Shown piece by piece: positions 53,301 through 63,385 of a stretch of 64,000 nucleotides of DNA. Origin of the DNA: Octopus bimaculoides (taxonomy: Eukaryota); NCBI RefSeq assembly GCF_001194135.2, contig NC_068991.1:10338221-10402220 (forward strand), written 5' to 3'. Numbering within the stretch: position 1 is the first letter of the stretch; every line of letters begins with the position of its first letter. Under the pieces are notes generated by a model. It was not told where the DNA came from. It searched no databases and worked only from the letters and a program-made list of their open reading frames with translations. Made by a program: the position numbers and the translations under genes.

Positions 53301-56300
53301 CAGAACAATGCTGCAAAGCATTTCCCCCCAATGCTCTAATGATTCTGCCAGCTAGCTGCCTTTTTTGATGGGATTTAAGGAGTCAATACCATTAACCCCA
53401 GTACTTGACTGTCACTTTTTAAAAATTTTTTATCAGCCCTAGAGAAATAAAAGGCCAAGTTGATTTGAACAGAATGTAAAACACTGCAAGAAGACATTCA
53501 AGGTTCTAGAGAAACTTGTTAATGGCTGTCTCCTTCCTCTTTGAGATATCAGAAGTGAATGTGACATAGCCCAGAAGTTGGCAGGGGCAGAGGAGTTGCT
53601 CCTCTTACAAATGGGATGCACTGTAGGTAAATGGCAGGAAGAATGGGATATAACATACCTGTAACTTCATTTCATTAAGAATTGCTTCCAGAGACTTCCA
53701 GTCTTTCATTCTAATCACCATTACTATCCAACTGTTGATCATTTCAGTCAGGGGTTTCACGGGTGCCATCATTTCCTTGCACAATCTTAAAATCTGAGAG
53801 GTAAAAAAGAGAGAAAAATGAAAGGTAACAAAGGAGACTACGTTGGTAAAAAGGCAATGATGAGACCAACAAAAGTGATGTCGATGATAATGGTAGTAGT
53901 GCTTGATGACTATGGCAGTGTTTTTTGTCTTTCGTTTTTGACTAAATGTTATGTCCGGCATTATGATGACGTATTCCGTCATCTCTGCAGGACAGGCCCG
54001 AACAGCATACCTCACTGACTGACATTACTGACCGTGTCAGTCCACTATTTATTAGTAGTGATCCAGCCCACTTCCCACCTGGGGGCGTCTGCCACAACAC
54101 TAAATAAAATCAAAATGCTGTGGTGTGTGAATGTCTTTCCCACAATCTAAACATCAATATTCTCATCCTGGCATAGGGTTTCAAGCCCTTTCCTTGCCAG
54201 TTCCTCCCGCTGATGGATGAGGGCTTCACTTTTTATTCTTTCAATCATCTCGGCTTTCAAACATGTGTGTGTATATGGTTCGGCTCTCTGTCCGTCACGA
54301 TGACAAGTATTCCAGTTGATTCGATCAACATAACGGCCTGCTCGTGAAATTAACTTGTAAGAGCTGAGTATTCCATAGACACGCATGCCCTTAATATGGT
54401 TGTCAGGGAGATTTAGTGTGATGCACGAAATGCAACATGGGTGCCTGTTGCATGACACCAGTATCTGCCATGATGATTTCATTTGCCTTGATGGATCTTC
54501 CTTCTCAAGCACAGCATATTGCCAAAGGCCTCAGTCATCTACATAAATATAATGCTCACAATCTGAAGCCAGGTTGATAAGTGCCAATGCATGAACCTCT
54601 TGGCCTTAGAGTCACTGTGTAACTTCCACTGATTAACAAAAGAAAAAAAAAAGCATGCATTTTATATAAATATTTTAGATAATATATATGCGTCTACATA
54701 CCTTCAGAAAAGACTTCCAGTCAGCAGTTTTTTTGAACTGGTAAAGTGCATATGGTTTAATTGCACCAATAACTGGGATAAATGTTTTATTCTCAACTAA
54801 ACAGGTAAAAGGAAATAAATTATAAAAATTTAGATTTCTTAACTTTATCAGTTGAGAAACATTTAGTGATCAGAAATATGATGGAATCTTTTGACACTCT
54901 AAAATATTTACTACCACTATAACTTTTGAAGTTATGTCTGACCCATGCGCGCATGGAAAATGAATATTAAAGGAGGATGATGATGATGTATGTATGAGTG
55001 TGTGTGTGAATATAATGTATGTATGTATGTATGTATGTATGTATGTATGTGAGGACATATGGCTTAGTGGTTAGGGTGTTGCACTCACAATTGCATGATC
55101 ATGGTTTCAATTCCTAGACCACGTGGTGCATTGCGTACAGCACATACATTTGATCACTATAAACAAATCATTTGTGCAGGCTTTGGTAAGAAAGCTACTT
55201 ACCACACAGCCACTCCTGCACCAATAATATATACACCCATTGTATATTTTTGAATGTTTTCTTCTTTGTTTTAGCCTATCTCAATATTTCAATGTAATAT
55301 CTCTGTCTCAAAGAATGAATGATTTTTTTTTCATATTTACTGAGCCCTCGGCTAAAATCACTTTACAAAACAGAAATTTCTTCATTATATATTTGTTATT
55401 AATATGTACACAAAGATGATAAAACATACTAACCAAATGCAATAGCTGTTTCAAAAGTGGTGTGTTCCAGTAAATACGAGAAATAGTAGCAGTTGAAGTC
55501 ACTGTCGGTGATTCCCATCTCCTAAGCAACAGAAACAGAGACAAATAGCAGAAAAGGTCATGCATAACTGAGTTTACAGCTAAAAATATTGAGTCCCTAA
55601 GTAGAAACTGAAAGGAAAGCTCCTAGCAAAGCAGTAAGTTTCAAAAACCTTTATACAGAGTGTCCCAAAAGTCACTGATGGGTTTCAATTTTTAATAACT
55701 TCCTTAATTTTACAAATTAATGCATGAAATGTTGATACAATATAAAGGACATAATGGAAATTAACATGCACAAGTCAAATTTTGCAACACCACTACATCA
55801 TATATGAAATATGACATCGCTTAAATGGTAGCCATTTTTGCCTCGCACACCCATGCTCTTTCCAAAATGTTCACCCTAACGCCCTTAAGATTTCATAACA
55901 CCTCTGATTTCTTTATTGATGTCCTCCTTCAGTCGCACCAGGGTCTCTGGTTTGCTGACGTAAACCCTCTTTCAAGAATCCTCACAAGAAAAAATCCAGG
56001 CTAGTCAAGTCTGGGGAACATGAAGGCCATTCAAAGTAGACCTCACACATGGTTCCAGCAAGATGGGGAAACTGCTCATTCCGCAAGAGAAAACAATGCA
56101 GTTGCTATGACAGTGCTTTGGAGAGAGAATAATCTCCCGCTACAGCAATGTCAACTGGCCTTCGCGTTCCCCAGACTTGACTAGCCTTTCCTAACGTCAA
56201 CTACTCTGAAAGTGTAGTGGGTGCTTTTTNNNNNNNNNNNNNNNNNNNNNNNNNNNNNNNNNNNNNNNNNNNNNNNNNNNNNNNNNNNNNNNNNNNNNNN

Positions 56301-57022
56301 NNNNNNNNNNNNNNNNNNNNNNNNNNNNNNNNNNNNNNNNNNNNNNNNNNNNNNNNNNNNNNNNNNNNNNNNNNNNNNNNNNNNNNNNNNNNNNNNNNNN
56401 NNNNNNNNNNNNNNNNNNNNNNNNNNNNNNNNNNNNNNNNNNNNNNNNNNNNNNNNNNNNNNNNNNNNNNNNNNNNNNNNNNNNNNNNNNNNNNNNNNNN
56501 NNNNNNNNNNNNNNNNNNNNNNNNNNNNNNNNNNNNNNNNNNNNNNNNNNNNNNNNNNNNNNNNNNNNNNNNNNNNNNNNNNNNNNNNNNNNNNNNNNNN
56601 NNNNNNNNNNNNNNNNNNNNNNNNNNNNNNNNNNNNNNNNNNNNNNNNNNNNNNNNNNNNNNNNNNNNNNNNNNNNNNNNNNNNNNNNNNNNNNNNNNNN
56701 NNNNNNNNNNNNNNNNNNNNNNNNNNNNNNNNNNNNNNNNNNNNNNNNNNNNNNNNNNNNNNNNNNNNNNNNNNNNNNNNNNNNNNNNNNNNNNNNNNNN
56801 NNNNNNNNNNNNNNNNNNNNNNNNNNNNNNNNNNNNNNNNNNNNNNNNNNNNNNNNNNNNNNNNNNNNNNNNNNNNNNNNNNNNNNNNNNNNNNNNNNNN
56901 NNNNNNNNNNNNNNNNGCAGCCATCTGGTTCGCCAGTCCTCAGTCAAATCGTCCAACCCATGCTAGCATGGAAAGCGGACGCTAAACAATGATGATGATG
57001 ATGAACAATGTGATGGGTGTGA

Positions 57023-57053
<31 letters not shown>

Positions 57054-60000
57054 GATAATCCCCCATGAAAAATGGAGAAAAAAACATCACCGGGAGGGTG
57101 TGCTACATGCAAAGTATTAATAAGACACTCAGGGAGGGAAATAAAGGGTGTTTTACATTTCGAGCAAAGCTCTTCTTCAGAAACAGGAGACAGAGGAAAG
57201 TCCAAGAGAAAAGGAAGACAGAGAGAAAAAAATCGCCTACAATCTCCATGCATGCATGTATGTATGTATGGATGGATGGATGGATGGTGTAATTAAACAT
57301 ACAACAAAAAACAAATTATGTTTAGCTAAACACCTTACCTTGCTTATTGTTACTTTCTGAAAATTGACAGAACGCTGGCCAAAAGAAGTGTTTCCTCACT
57401 GGGATATTCTGTGTAGAAAAAGGAAAAAAACATATATAGGAAACATATCTAGAGGTGTCCTCATACTGGTAGAAAGCATAGAAGCAAATGGATCCCCTAA
57501 TTCATGGAAATGACTCCCTTGTTCTTTTTATCAGGAATTTATGTCCTTAATGATCATGGTTGTGTGGAAAGAAGTTTGCTTTCCAAACACATGGATTCAG
57601 GCTCAGTCCTATTGCATGGTACATGGGGCATGTTTATTCTCTTATAGCCTTGGACTGACCAAAACCTTGTCAGTGGATCTGATTAATAGAAACTGAAACA
57701 AGGCGGCGAGCTGGCAGAAACGTTAGGAAGCCGGGCGAAATGCTTAGCGGTATTTCGTCTGCCGCTACGTTCCAAGTTCAAATTCCGCAGAGGTCGACTA
57801 TGCCTTTCATCCTTTTGGGGTTGATAAATNNNNNNNNNNNNNNNNNNNNNNNNNNNNNNNNNNNNNNNNNNNNNNNNNNNNNNNNNNNNNNNNNNNNNNN
57901 NNNNNNNNNNNNNNNNNNNNNNNNNNNNNNNNNNNNNNNNNNNNNNNNNNNNNNNNNNNNNNNNNNNNNNNNNNNNNNNNNNNNNNNNNNNNNNNNNNNN
58001 NNNNNNNNNNNNNNNNNNNNNNNNNNNNNNNNNNNNNNNNNNNNNNNNNNNNNNNNNNNNNNNNNNNNNNNNNNNNNNNNNNNNNNNNNNNNNNNNNNNN
58101 NNNNNNNNNNNNNNNNNNNNNNNNNNNNNNNNNNNNNNNNNNNNNNNNNNNNNNNNNNNNNNNNNNNNNNNNNNNNNNNNNNNNNNNNNNNNNNNNNNNN
58201 NNNNNNNNNNNNNNGTTAGGAAGGGCATCCAGCTGTAGAAACCTTGCCAGATCAGATTGGAGCCTGGTGCAGTTTTCTGGCTTACTAGTCCTCAGTCAAA
58301 CCATCCAACCCATGCCAGCAAAGAAAGTAGGTGTTGAATGATGATGATGATATATATATATATATATATATATACGACAGGCTTCTTTTTATCTCCATCA
58401 ACCAAATCCACTCACAGGACCTTGGTCAGCCCAAAGCCATAAAGTAGAACACACCTGTCCACGTTGCCATGCAGTAGGACTGAACCCGGGAAGAAAACTT
58501 CCCAATACACAGCCAATTCCTGCACCTATCCACAGCCACTCCTGGACTTATAAAAAATTATTTTACTAACTCCTTCTAAATTCTTCAGTATTTAACAAAA
58601 GAATTTAAGTAAAGATTTCATTAGAAAAAATGGTCACAAAAGGATTAATATGAAACACTTATAAGGTACTAAAGATGCAGGTTATAAAAAAAAAAATAAA
58701 GAAATGCTTTTCACTTACCTCAGCTGCCATTCTACTGATTAACTCCAAAGCAAAATCTAGAGATAAAATAAAAATAAACAATGTACTTCAGTTCTATATT
58801 TAAGAGATGATGAATTATGTACATTATTTACATTTGACAGATATTTACATTTGACAGCAAAGTCGACCTCGGCGGAATTTGAATTCAGAACATAACGGCA
58901 GACGAAATACCGCTAGGCATTTCACCCAGCATGCTAACGTTTCTGCCAGCTCGTCGCCTTTAAAAATCTTAATACATTTTTAATAGGGATGTAAAATATG
59001 AACCATATAAAAGTTATGAGCCTCTAACTTTAGGCTCAAGCATACATTAAAGTTGTTCTAAGTACACGAGAGAGAGAGACAGATAGACAGACAGAGAGAA
59101 AGTATGTGAGTGTGTGGAGAGACATGTGCAAAAGTTTTCTGAAAGACACTACAACTATTTGTACAAAACTGAAGTAGGAACAATACAGGATGACATGTAG
59201 CTGAGTGAAGAGTCTGCATTTTCAACACTTACTTTCCTTACTGTAAACATATATTCAATAATAACTCAGTCCTCACCTGTCTTATTGTAAATATATGCCA
59301 TCTGTGTGGGGAAACACAGATCGTCCTTGTTCCAGCCTTCGTTTCTCATCCTGTTCACATACTCACACAGTTTGTCCACTGACTGAAATATAAAACAAAG
59401 TTGAGTGAGAGCGACTGCTCATAGAGGGGCTTGCCAGTTGTAGAGAGAGTGAGTGCAACTGGTCATAGAGCAAGTGTCTTCTTGTAAAGTGAATGACTGC
59501 TTGTGGAGTGAGAGGGTGACCAGTTGTACAGTGAGAAAGTGACTGGCTGTAGAGTGAAAGGGTGACTGGTTGTAGAGTGCAGATTGACCAGTTGTAGAAC
59601 GAGAGGGTGGTTGCTTGTAGAGTGAGAGGGTGACTGGTTATAGAGTGAGAAAGTGACTGGCTGTAGAGTGAAAGGGTGACTGGTTGAAGAGTGACAGAAA
59701 CAAGAAAGGTTATACGTACCACCTCACTTTTCACAAGAGCACGAATGAAGAAACGGCCAAGTTGTAACTCATTGTCATCCTTTTGGAGTGGTTTGGGCAT
59801 CACAGTGAAAACTTCAAAAGCTATTTGGTCATGGCCAAAACAGATCAATTGGTTAATCCAAGAAATAGCATCTTGGTTCCAGCTTCGGAATGATGAAAGT
59901 TTTGGTATAAGCTTAACAAAAAATAAAAAAATAAGGCGTTAGGAAGGGCATCCAGCAGTAGAAACTCTGCCAAATCAGATTGGAGCCTGGTGTAGCCATC

Positions 60001-61102
60001 TGGTTTCACCAGTCCTCAGTCAAATCGTCCAACCCATGATAGCATGGAAAGCGGACGTTAAATGACGACGATGATGATGAGGAAACACTAAGAACGTCAA
60101 TTAAAATAAACTTAAAACAATATTCTTCATCAATTATTATAACTGAAAGTGGTATTCAAGGCTGCAAGAGGGAGGTAACTCCCAAACAGTACTAACAAGT
60201 GAATACAGCCATTCAATAGAGACCACCACAATTCAGTTAGGCTTTGATTGGCCTGAGGCTATAGAAGACACTTGTCCTAGATGCCATGAAGTGGGACTGA
60301 ACCTGAAACAATGTAGTTGGGAAGCAAACGTCTCAACCACACAGCCATGCCTGGAGACAATATGTCAGAAAAAGAAGACTAGGGTCTCTGTTCATATTGA
60401 CCACACTTCTTCACATGTACACACAGGTCAAGGCAAAAGGTTTCGTGGAAGACTGGTAGTTGCCCATACACTCTAGCGTCCCTTCTTCATGCCATTTGAA
60501 GTTTATCCAAGGGAAAGACTTGGGCCAATGTTGACTTGCACGCGACTGGCAGTGCAGTGCTTCTGTCAGAATACAAAGAGCCAAAACACATACCAGGAAG
60601 CAACCTTCTCATCCTTCTAACAACTCCACAAATCCACTGCTCTGGATTGATACTTTTTCCTTATTGACTCTAAAAGGATGAAATGCCAAGTTGATTTTGG
60701 CAGAATTTGAACTCAGGTTGCAGAGATTTGGAAACAATACTACAAAGCATTCTAACCAATGCTCTACTGACCCTGCCACTATACCAATGAGTTTGTTCTG
60801 GTACCATATCACCATAATTTTTATTTTCTTTTTCTTCACAGCTACTCCCACCTATCATTATATAAAGCAGGGTAGCCATATGTCTCCTCTAAAACAAGTA
60901 AACTGTGCTTGTCCCCCTACCATACGTTAGTCCCTCAGTACTTGACAGAAAGCTGCTTCCATCCTCTCAAATACTCCCACCACTTAGTCAAGGGAACAGT
61001 TTCCTGTTTTCCTTCTCACTTGTGCTAGCGGCAAGTAAAAAGAACCTAATACAAACTGTAAAGTATCCGACCATGGAAACCATGCAAGTATGGAAAACAA
61101 AC

Positions 61103-61141
<39 letters not shown>

Positions 61142-63385
61142 GAGAAGATGATGACAATGATGACAAGATAGTTATTAGTGAAATGCCAGGATGGTTATTG
61201 CTGGAACACCTATAAAAAAAAATGGAACCTCAACACGTTGGTACATAGGTGTAACTGACCTTTGATGCCATTTCTTGCTGATTGTGTTGAGCCATTTCAA
61301 AGACTAACTTCAGAAGGACAAAAGGACGGACAAGAATTCCATCATTCTCAGCTTCTTGCAGAAGCTAAAAAACATAACAGAAATATTTCATAACACAAAA
61401 ATTGAAATATTGGATGATTATTACAATTATCATAAAACAATGTTGGAAAAATTTTTTTTTAAATTAAAAGGAAGAGAAATCACAATTATTAAGTGGATCA
61501 TTAGAGGGCCAGGTGAAATGTGCGCTATTTTGTTGTGAGACCCTAAAAGAGGTCTGCAACTAAATATCACATAGCATTTGGTCCAATGCTCCACTGATCC
61601 TGACAATCTATCAAATACAGAATAATAATAATCCTTTCTACTATAGCAGTGGTTCTCAACTAGGGTTCATGTAAGATTTGGTGGGTGGGGGGCTGTACAA
61701 TAAAATGGTAAATTGGGGATCCACAATATTTTAAGGGCCCCTGAAAAAAATTTGCTTTAGATGCATGCATTAGTATGTATTGCAAGAAACAAGATTTCTT
61801 TCTCTGACATTTTACAAAATTCAACCTACACAAGTTAAAATGTTAAAAAATAAAATAGGAAATTTCAAAGTCTTTAAACATCGAATGGCTAGGGAGGTTC
61901 ACCAGAATAAAATTGTAATCAAAGGGGTCTACAGATGAAAAATGGTTGTAAACTCCTGTACTATAGGCACAAGGCCTGAAATTTCAGAGAATGGGACTAA
62001 CATTGACTCCAGTGCTCGACTGGTACTTATTTTATCAACACCAAAAGGGATGAAAGGCAAAGTCAACCCTGGCAGAATTTGAACATAGAACGTAAAGATG
62101 GACGAAATGCTGATAAGCATTGTGCCCAGTGTGTTAATGGTTCTGCCAGCTCACTGCTTTATGATTATCATTATTATTATTAATAATAATAATAATAATA
62201 ATAATATTTTAAAAAGGATTGACGTAACTCTTCACAAAGGTAAACAGTCAAGTCGAAGAGTGCGATTCGGTTGTAAGATATTTTATTAGTTGAACGATAT
62301 TTCAACAGAATGTCTGTCTTTGTCAAGTTCAAAATAAGAAGTGATAAAAATTCAAAATTACAGAAATTTAAATGTAAAGTATGAACGAGAGCAACCAGCG
62401 TCCAGATGTTGATGGAGGTGCTAGATTCTCATGTTCGAAAATAGAAGGACACAGATTGTGTCGTATAGCCAGCTGGAGACGATGTCTCCTGGGGCTAAAT
62501 TACAGCAACATTAGTCCTAAACCAGGACTGCCTTGTTATGTTGGCAAACAATTTTTTACTACAATAATAGGTTAGATAGGATGCTCTTTCACTTAATAAC
62601 AATAATAATAATAATAATAATAATAAAATGAAATTAAAAAAAGATCAAATTATAGAATAGTCTTACTTTCTCAACATGTTCTCCTTGGCCTTGTTCAATG
62701 TAACCACAAGCAAGAGCAACGTAGGTATCACAACTTGGTTCCAATCCAGCAGTTCTGAAGATTAAAAAGATGAAGATAAGTTGTCACATAATATATATAT
62801 ATATATATATATACACCAATTTAAGGTGGCAGAATCGTTAGTACCCTGGGCTAATGGCGTCGATTAGCTCGACTAAAAAGGCGGTGCTCCAGCATGGCCA
62901 CAGTCAAATGACTGAAACAAGTAAAAGAGTATTAGACCTAACACCACTATTGCCAGCCACACTACAACCACTGCCACAACTACCACCACTACTGTTATCT
63001 TAATAATCATAGCCTTCACACAATTACTATTACCACTCTACTACCACAACCCCCACTGCAACTATCATCATCACCACCAGTGCTACAACCATCACAATCA
63101 ACAACAAACTACTACCAGCCTATAGTCCTCACAACCACCACAATAATCATTATAACTCCTACCACCCAACTACCACGACTATGATCACCACCACTGCCAC
63201 CATCGTTACCACCTCTACCATCAACACCAAACTGACTTTTAAACTAAAGCCATCACAATTGCTACCATCCTACCACCGTCAGCACTATTACCCACACCAG
63301 CAACAATTATAAAAGTAAATGAAAATAATAAAAGGGTTCAACTTACTTCATGACATTCAAAATTTCTTTGGCACTTTCAGGATCC
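32658..63385 (-). CDS. LRPPRC: Leucine-rich PPR motif-containing protein, mitochondrial (gene span; 27 exons seen, 5' end beyond window)
   Basis: 27 GT-AG exons totalling 2900 nt with consistent phases, except at three junctions that each span an N-gap. Diagnostic peptides AGLEPSCDTY, IPVRKHFFWP, TPGIRA, LVEMTKNLFGVDRDEMLFQL, LGSRGSVENL and IPIPWK are colinear with LRPPRC as recalled. Confidence 0.93.
32865..33330 (-). mobile_element. RTE-clade LINE 3' fragment
   Basis: Minus-strand GTCGRGGPRKVWDKVVRKDLQLLRLTEGTAGDRDCW matches the RTE ORF2 C-terminal GRP.kTW...V..DL...A.DR..W motif; ends in a (GAT)n tail. Confidence 0.75.
33378..33917 (-). mobile_element. tRNA-derived CORE-like SINE family C with internal microsatellite, full-length copy
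   Basis: Head tggtaagtagcttgctt...ggttcagtcccactgcgtggcaccttgggcaagtgtc, internal (TA/CA)n, tail ggtgctccagcatggccgcagtcaaatgactgaaac. Many partial copies (610-770, 12110-12390, 15685-16040, 16855-17240, 22980-23166, 26710-26978, 30030-30327, 38690-39000, 51950-52310). Confidence 0.85.
34054..34196 (-). CDS. LRPPRC: LRPPRC exon (AQGDVEGSLAIIK...LLMRKQIPIPWK)
   Basis: 143 nt, tag/GTAAGT; cf. LLKYAGEPVPF. Confidence 0.85.
36646..36714 (-). CDS. LRPPRC: LRPPRC exon (RNSDLLQNTSILGLCRKAAQEKR)
   Basis: 69 nt, tttcag/GTGAGT. Confidence 0.78.
36909..37024 (-). CDS. LRPPRC: LRPPRC exon (LEELAYRCEP...SSSASVILE)
   Basis: 116 nt, ctag/GTAAGC. Confidence 0.78.
38069..38187 (-). CDS. LRPPRC: LRPPRC exon (DRSNELLEFLGKNPD...KDPGKLVT)
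   Basis: 119 nt, cacag/GTGAGT; phases fit. Confidence 0.78.
39035..39164 (-). CDS. LRPPRC: LRPPRC exon (DLGWTLQELGSRGSVENLLLLK...IFSAYVV)
   Basis: 130 nt, cag/GTAAGC; cf. ALAMKGDVENI. Confidence 0.85.
40296..40378 (-). CDS. LRPPRC: LRPPRC exon (FESSGDKVSEELLMLIAEFLFKVNRKT)
   Basis: 83 nt, ttccag/GTAAGA; this acceptor is chosen because it restores phase. Confidence 0.72.
40510..40601 (-). CDS. LRPPRC: LRPPRC exon (DKMKQSTILEDDILRQVKENRMKTAKEMIR)
   Basis: 92 nt, ttcag/GTAAGT. Confidence 0.75.
40640..41090. repeat. Degenerate purine-rich tandem repeat (gagagacagagctaatgaag-like)
   Basis: Repeated gagaga/gctaa/ctaaa motifs with a period of about 20-40 bp. Confidence 0.7.
42241..42331 (-). CDS. 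LRPPRC: LRPPRC exon (ISELEQLVEMTKNLFGVDRDEMLFQLIRGY)
   Basis: 91 nt, aag/GTTAGT; cf. [20 protein letters not shown]. Confidence 0.92.
42850..43200. repeat. 22-bp minisatellite (gaaagggcagaggggaaagtat)
   Basis: Tandem units on both sides of N-gap 43049-43145. Confidence 0.85.
43351..43419 (-). CDS. LRPPRC: LRPPRC exon (TPGIRAAMIRLKIGCETLISKEK)
   Basis: 69 nt, ccag/GTAAGT; TPGIRA diagnostic. Confidence 0.92.
44472..44578 (-). CDS. LRPPRC: LRPPRC exon (AIDRVTPIHGELNVL...GHYKKAKKILE)
   Basis: 107 nt, tttcag/GTACGT; cf. GNYKEAKKIIE. Confidence 0.9.
45022..45258. mobile_element. hAT-type MITE
   Basis: Perfect 16-bp TIRs caggggttttcaaact / agtttgaaaacccctg; 8-bp TSD acctaatc / acctaata. Confidence 0.85.
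45507..45631 (-). CDS. LRPPRC: LRPPRC exon (EDGNQVLEAIDW...KEDPEKLQK)
   Basis: 125 nt, ttttcag/GTTAGA. Confidence 0.85.
46556..46790 (-). CDS. LRPPRC: LRPPRC exon (DAVALLETY...LGFIKPATFELLESVMKGYIE)
   Basis: 235 nt, tttcag/GTACTG. Confidence 0.85.
47136..47221 (-). CDS. LRPPRC: LRPPRC exon (EDQFPDYTDYTRALLNVAALMIDEGKVS)
   Basis: 86 nt, cag/GTTTGT; phases fit both sides. Confidence 0.8.
48039..48181 (-). CDS. LRPPRC: LRPPRC exon (DVTQAEKLKASLDKEG...EALKYLAL)
   Basis: 143 nt, cag/GTAAGT. Confidence 0.85.
48971..49075 (-). CDS. LRPPRC: LRPPRC exon (NPLANYTTSQLQDY...KKLLLVRYCATG)
   Basis: 105 nt, tttcag/GTGAGT. Confidence 0.82.
50870..51135 (-). mobile_element. CR1/L2-type LINE ORF2 C-terminal remnant
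   Basis: Minus-strand fragments SNTLGHSYKI and AEA*NKLPTSVVS, typical of TRGH..K / WN.LP..VV; a related copy lies at about 48300-48540. Confidence 0.65.
52560..52625 (-). CDS. LRPPRC: LRPPRC exon (NFSVDSEFFTVNIQGVPEALQA)
   Basis: 66 nt, strong polypyrimidine-tag/GTAAGT, phase 0-0. Confidence 0.72.
53659..53793 (-). CDS. LRPPRC: LRPPRC exon (ILRLCKEMM...LEAILNEMKLQ)
   Basis: 135 nt, cag/GTATGT, phase 0-0. Confidence 0.8.
54702..54796 (-). CDS. LRPPRC: LRPPRC exon (VENKTFIPVIGAIKPYALYQFKKTADWKSFLK)
   Basis: 95 nt, tag/GTATGT; phase fits. Confidence 0.78.
55434..55521 (-). CDS. LRPPRC: LRPPRC exon (EMGITDSDFNCYYFSYLLEHTTFETAIAF)
   Basis: 88 nt, tag/GTTAGT. Confidence 0.75.
55654..56183 (+). 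mobile_element. IS630-Tc1-mariner remnant with left TIR
   Basis: TACAGAGTGTCCCAAAA TIR-like start next to TA; GERIISRYSNVNWPSRSPDLT at about 56119-56182. A matching acactctgta end occurs near 24868-24877. Confidence 0.7.
57339..57408 (-). CDS. LRPPRC: LRPPRC exon (NIPVRKHFFWPAFCQFSESNNKQ)
   Basis: 70 nt, cag/GTAAGG; cf. GFPIRPHYFWP. Confidence 0.9.
58719..58756 (-). CDS. LRPPRC: LRPPRC exon (DFALELISRMAAE)
   Basis: 38 nt, ctag/GTAAGT; phases fit both neighbours. Confidence 0.8.
59277..59382 (-). CDS. LRPPRC: LRPPRC exon (SVDKLCEYVNRMRNEG...YNKT)
   Basis: 106 nt, tttcag/GTGAGG. Confidence 0.82.
59480..59695. repeat. About 23-bp minisatellite (agagtgagagggtgactggttgt) filling a short LRPPRC intron
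   Basis: About 9 degenerate tandem units between exons 59277-59382 and 59720-59911. Confidence 0.8.
59720..59911 (-). CDS. LRPPRC: LRPPRC exon (LIPKLSSFRSWNQDA...GRFFIRALVKSEV)
   Basis: 192 nt, aag/GTACGT, phase 0-0; acceptor slightly less certain. Confidence 0.8.
61260..61364 (-). CDS. LRPPRC: LRPPRC exon (LLQEAENDGILVRPFVLLKLVFEMAQHNQQEMASK)
   Basis: 105 nt, tag/GTCAGT, phase 0-0. Confidence 0.8.
61647..61958. mobile_element. hAT-type MITE nested in a SINE
   Basis: Imperfect TIRs cagtggttctcaac / gttgtaaactcctg; perfect 8-bp TSD tactatag (61639-61646 and 61959-61966). Confidence 0.8.
62667..62754 (-). CDS. LRPPRC: LRPPRC exon (TAGLEPSCDTYVALACGYIEQGQGEHVEK)
   Basis: 88 nt, cag/GTAAGA; PPR motif, cf. 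AGIEPGPDTY. Confidence 0.9.
63347..63385 (-). CDS. LRPPRC: LRPPRC exon (DPESAKEILNVMK)
   Basis: cag acceptor, GTAAGT donor, 39 nt; cf. human DMENAENILTVMR. Confidence 0.8.

Noticed and set aside
53439-53621. Acceptor-like tacag and an open frame just downstream of exon 53659
   Set aside because: No LRPPRC similarity; exons 53659 and 52625 already join in phase.
55039-55140. tRNA-like A/B-box sequences (also 17580-17640, 22980-23040, 29380-29590)
   Set aside because: These are SINE heads that continue into repeat bodies and cannot form a full cloverleaf; they are not tRNA genes.
62285-62330. Possible further hammerhead on the minus strand (cttgacaa agacag...ctgtt gaaa)
   Set aside because: The core and stem III are too degenerate; at most a decayed PLE end.
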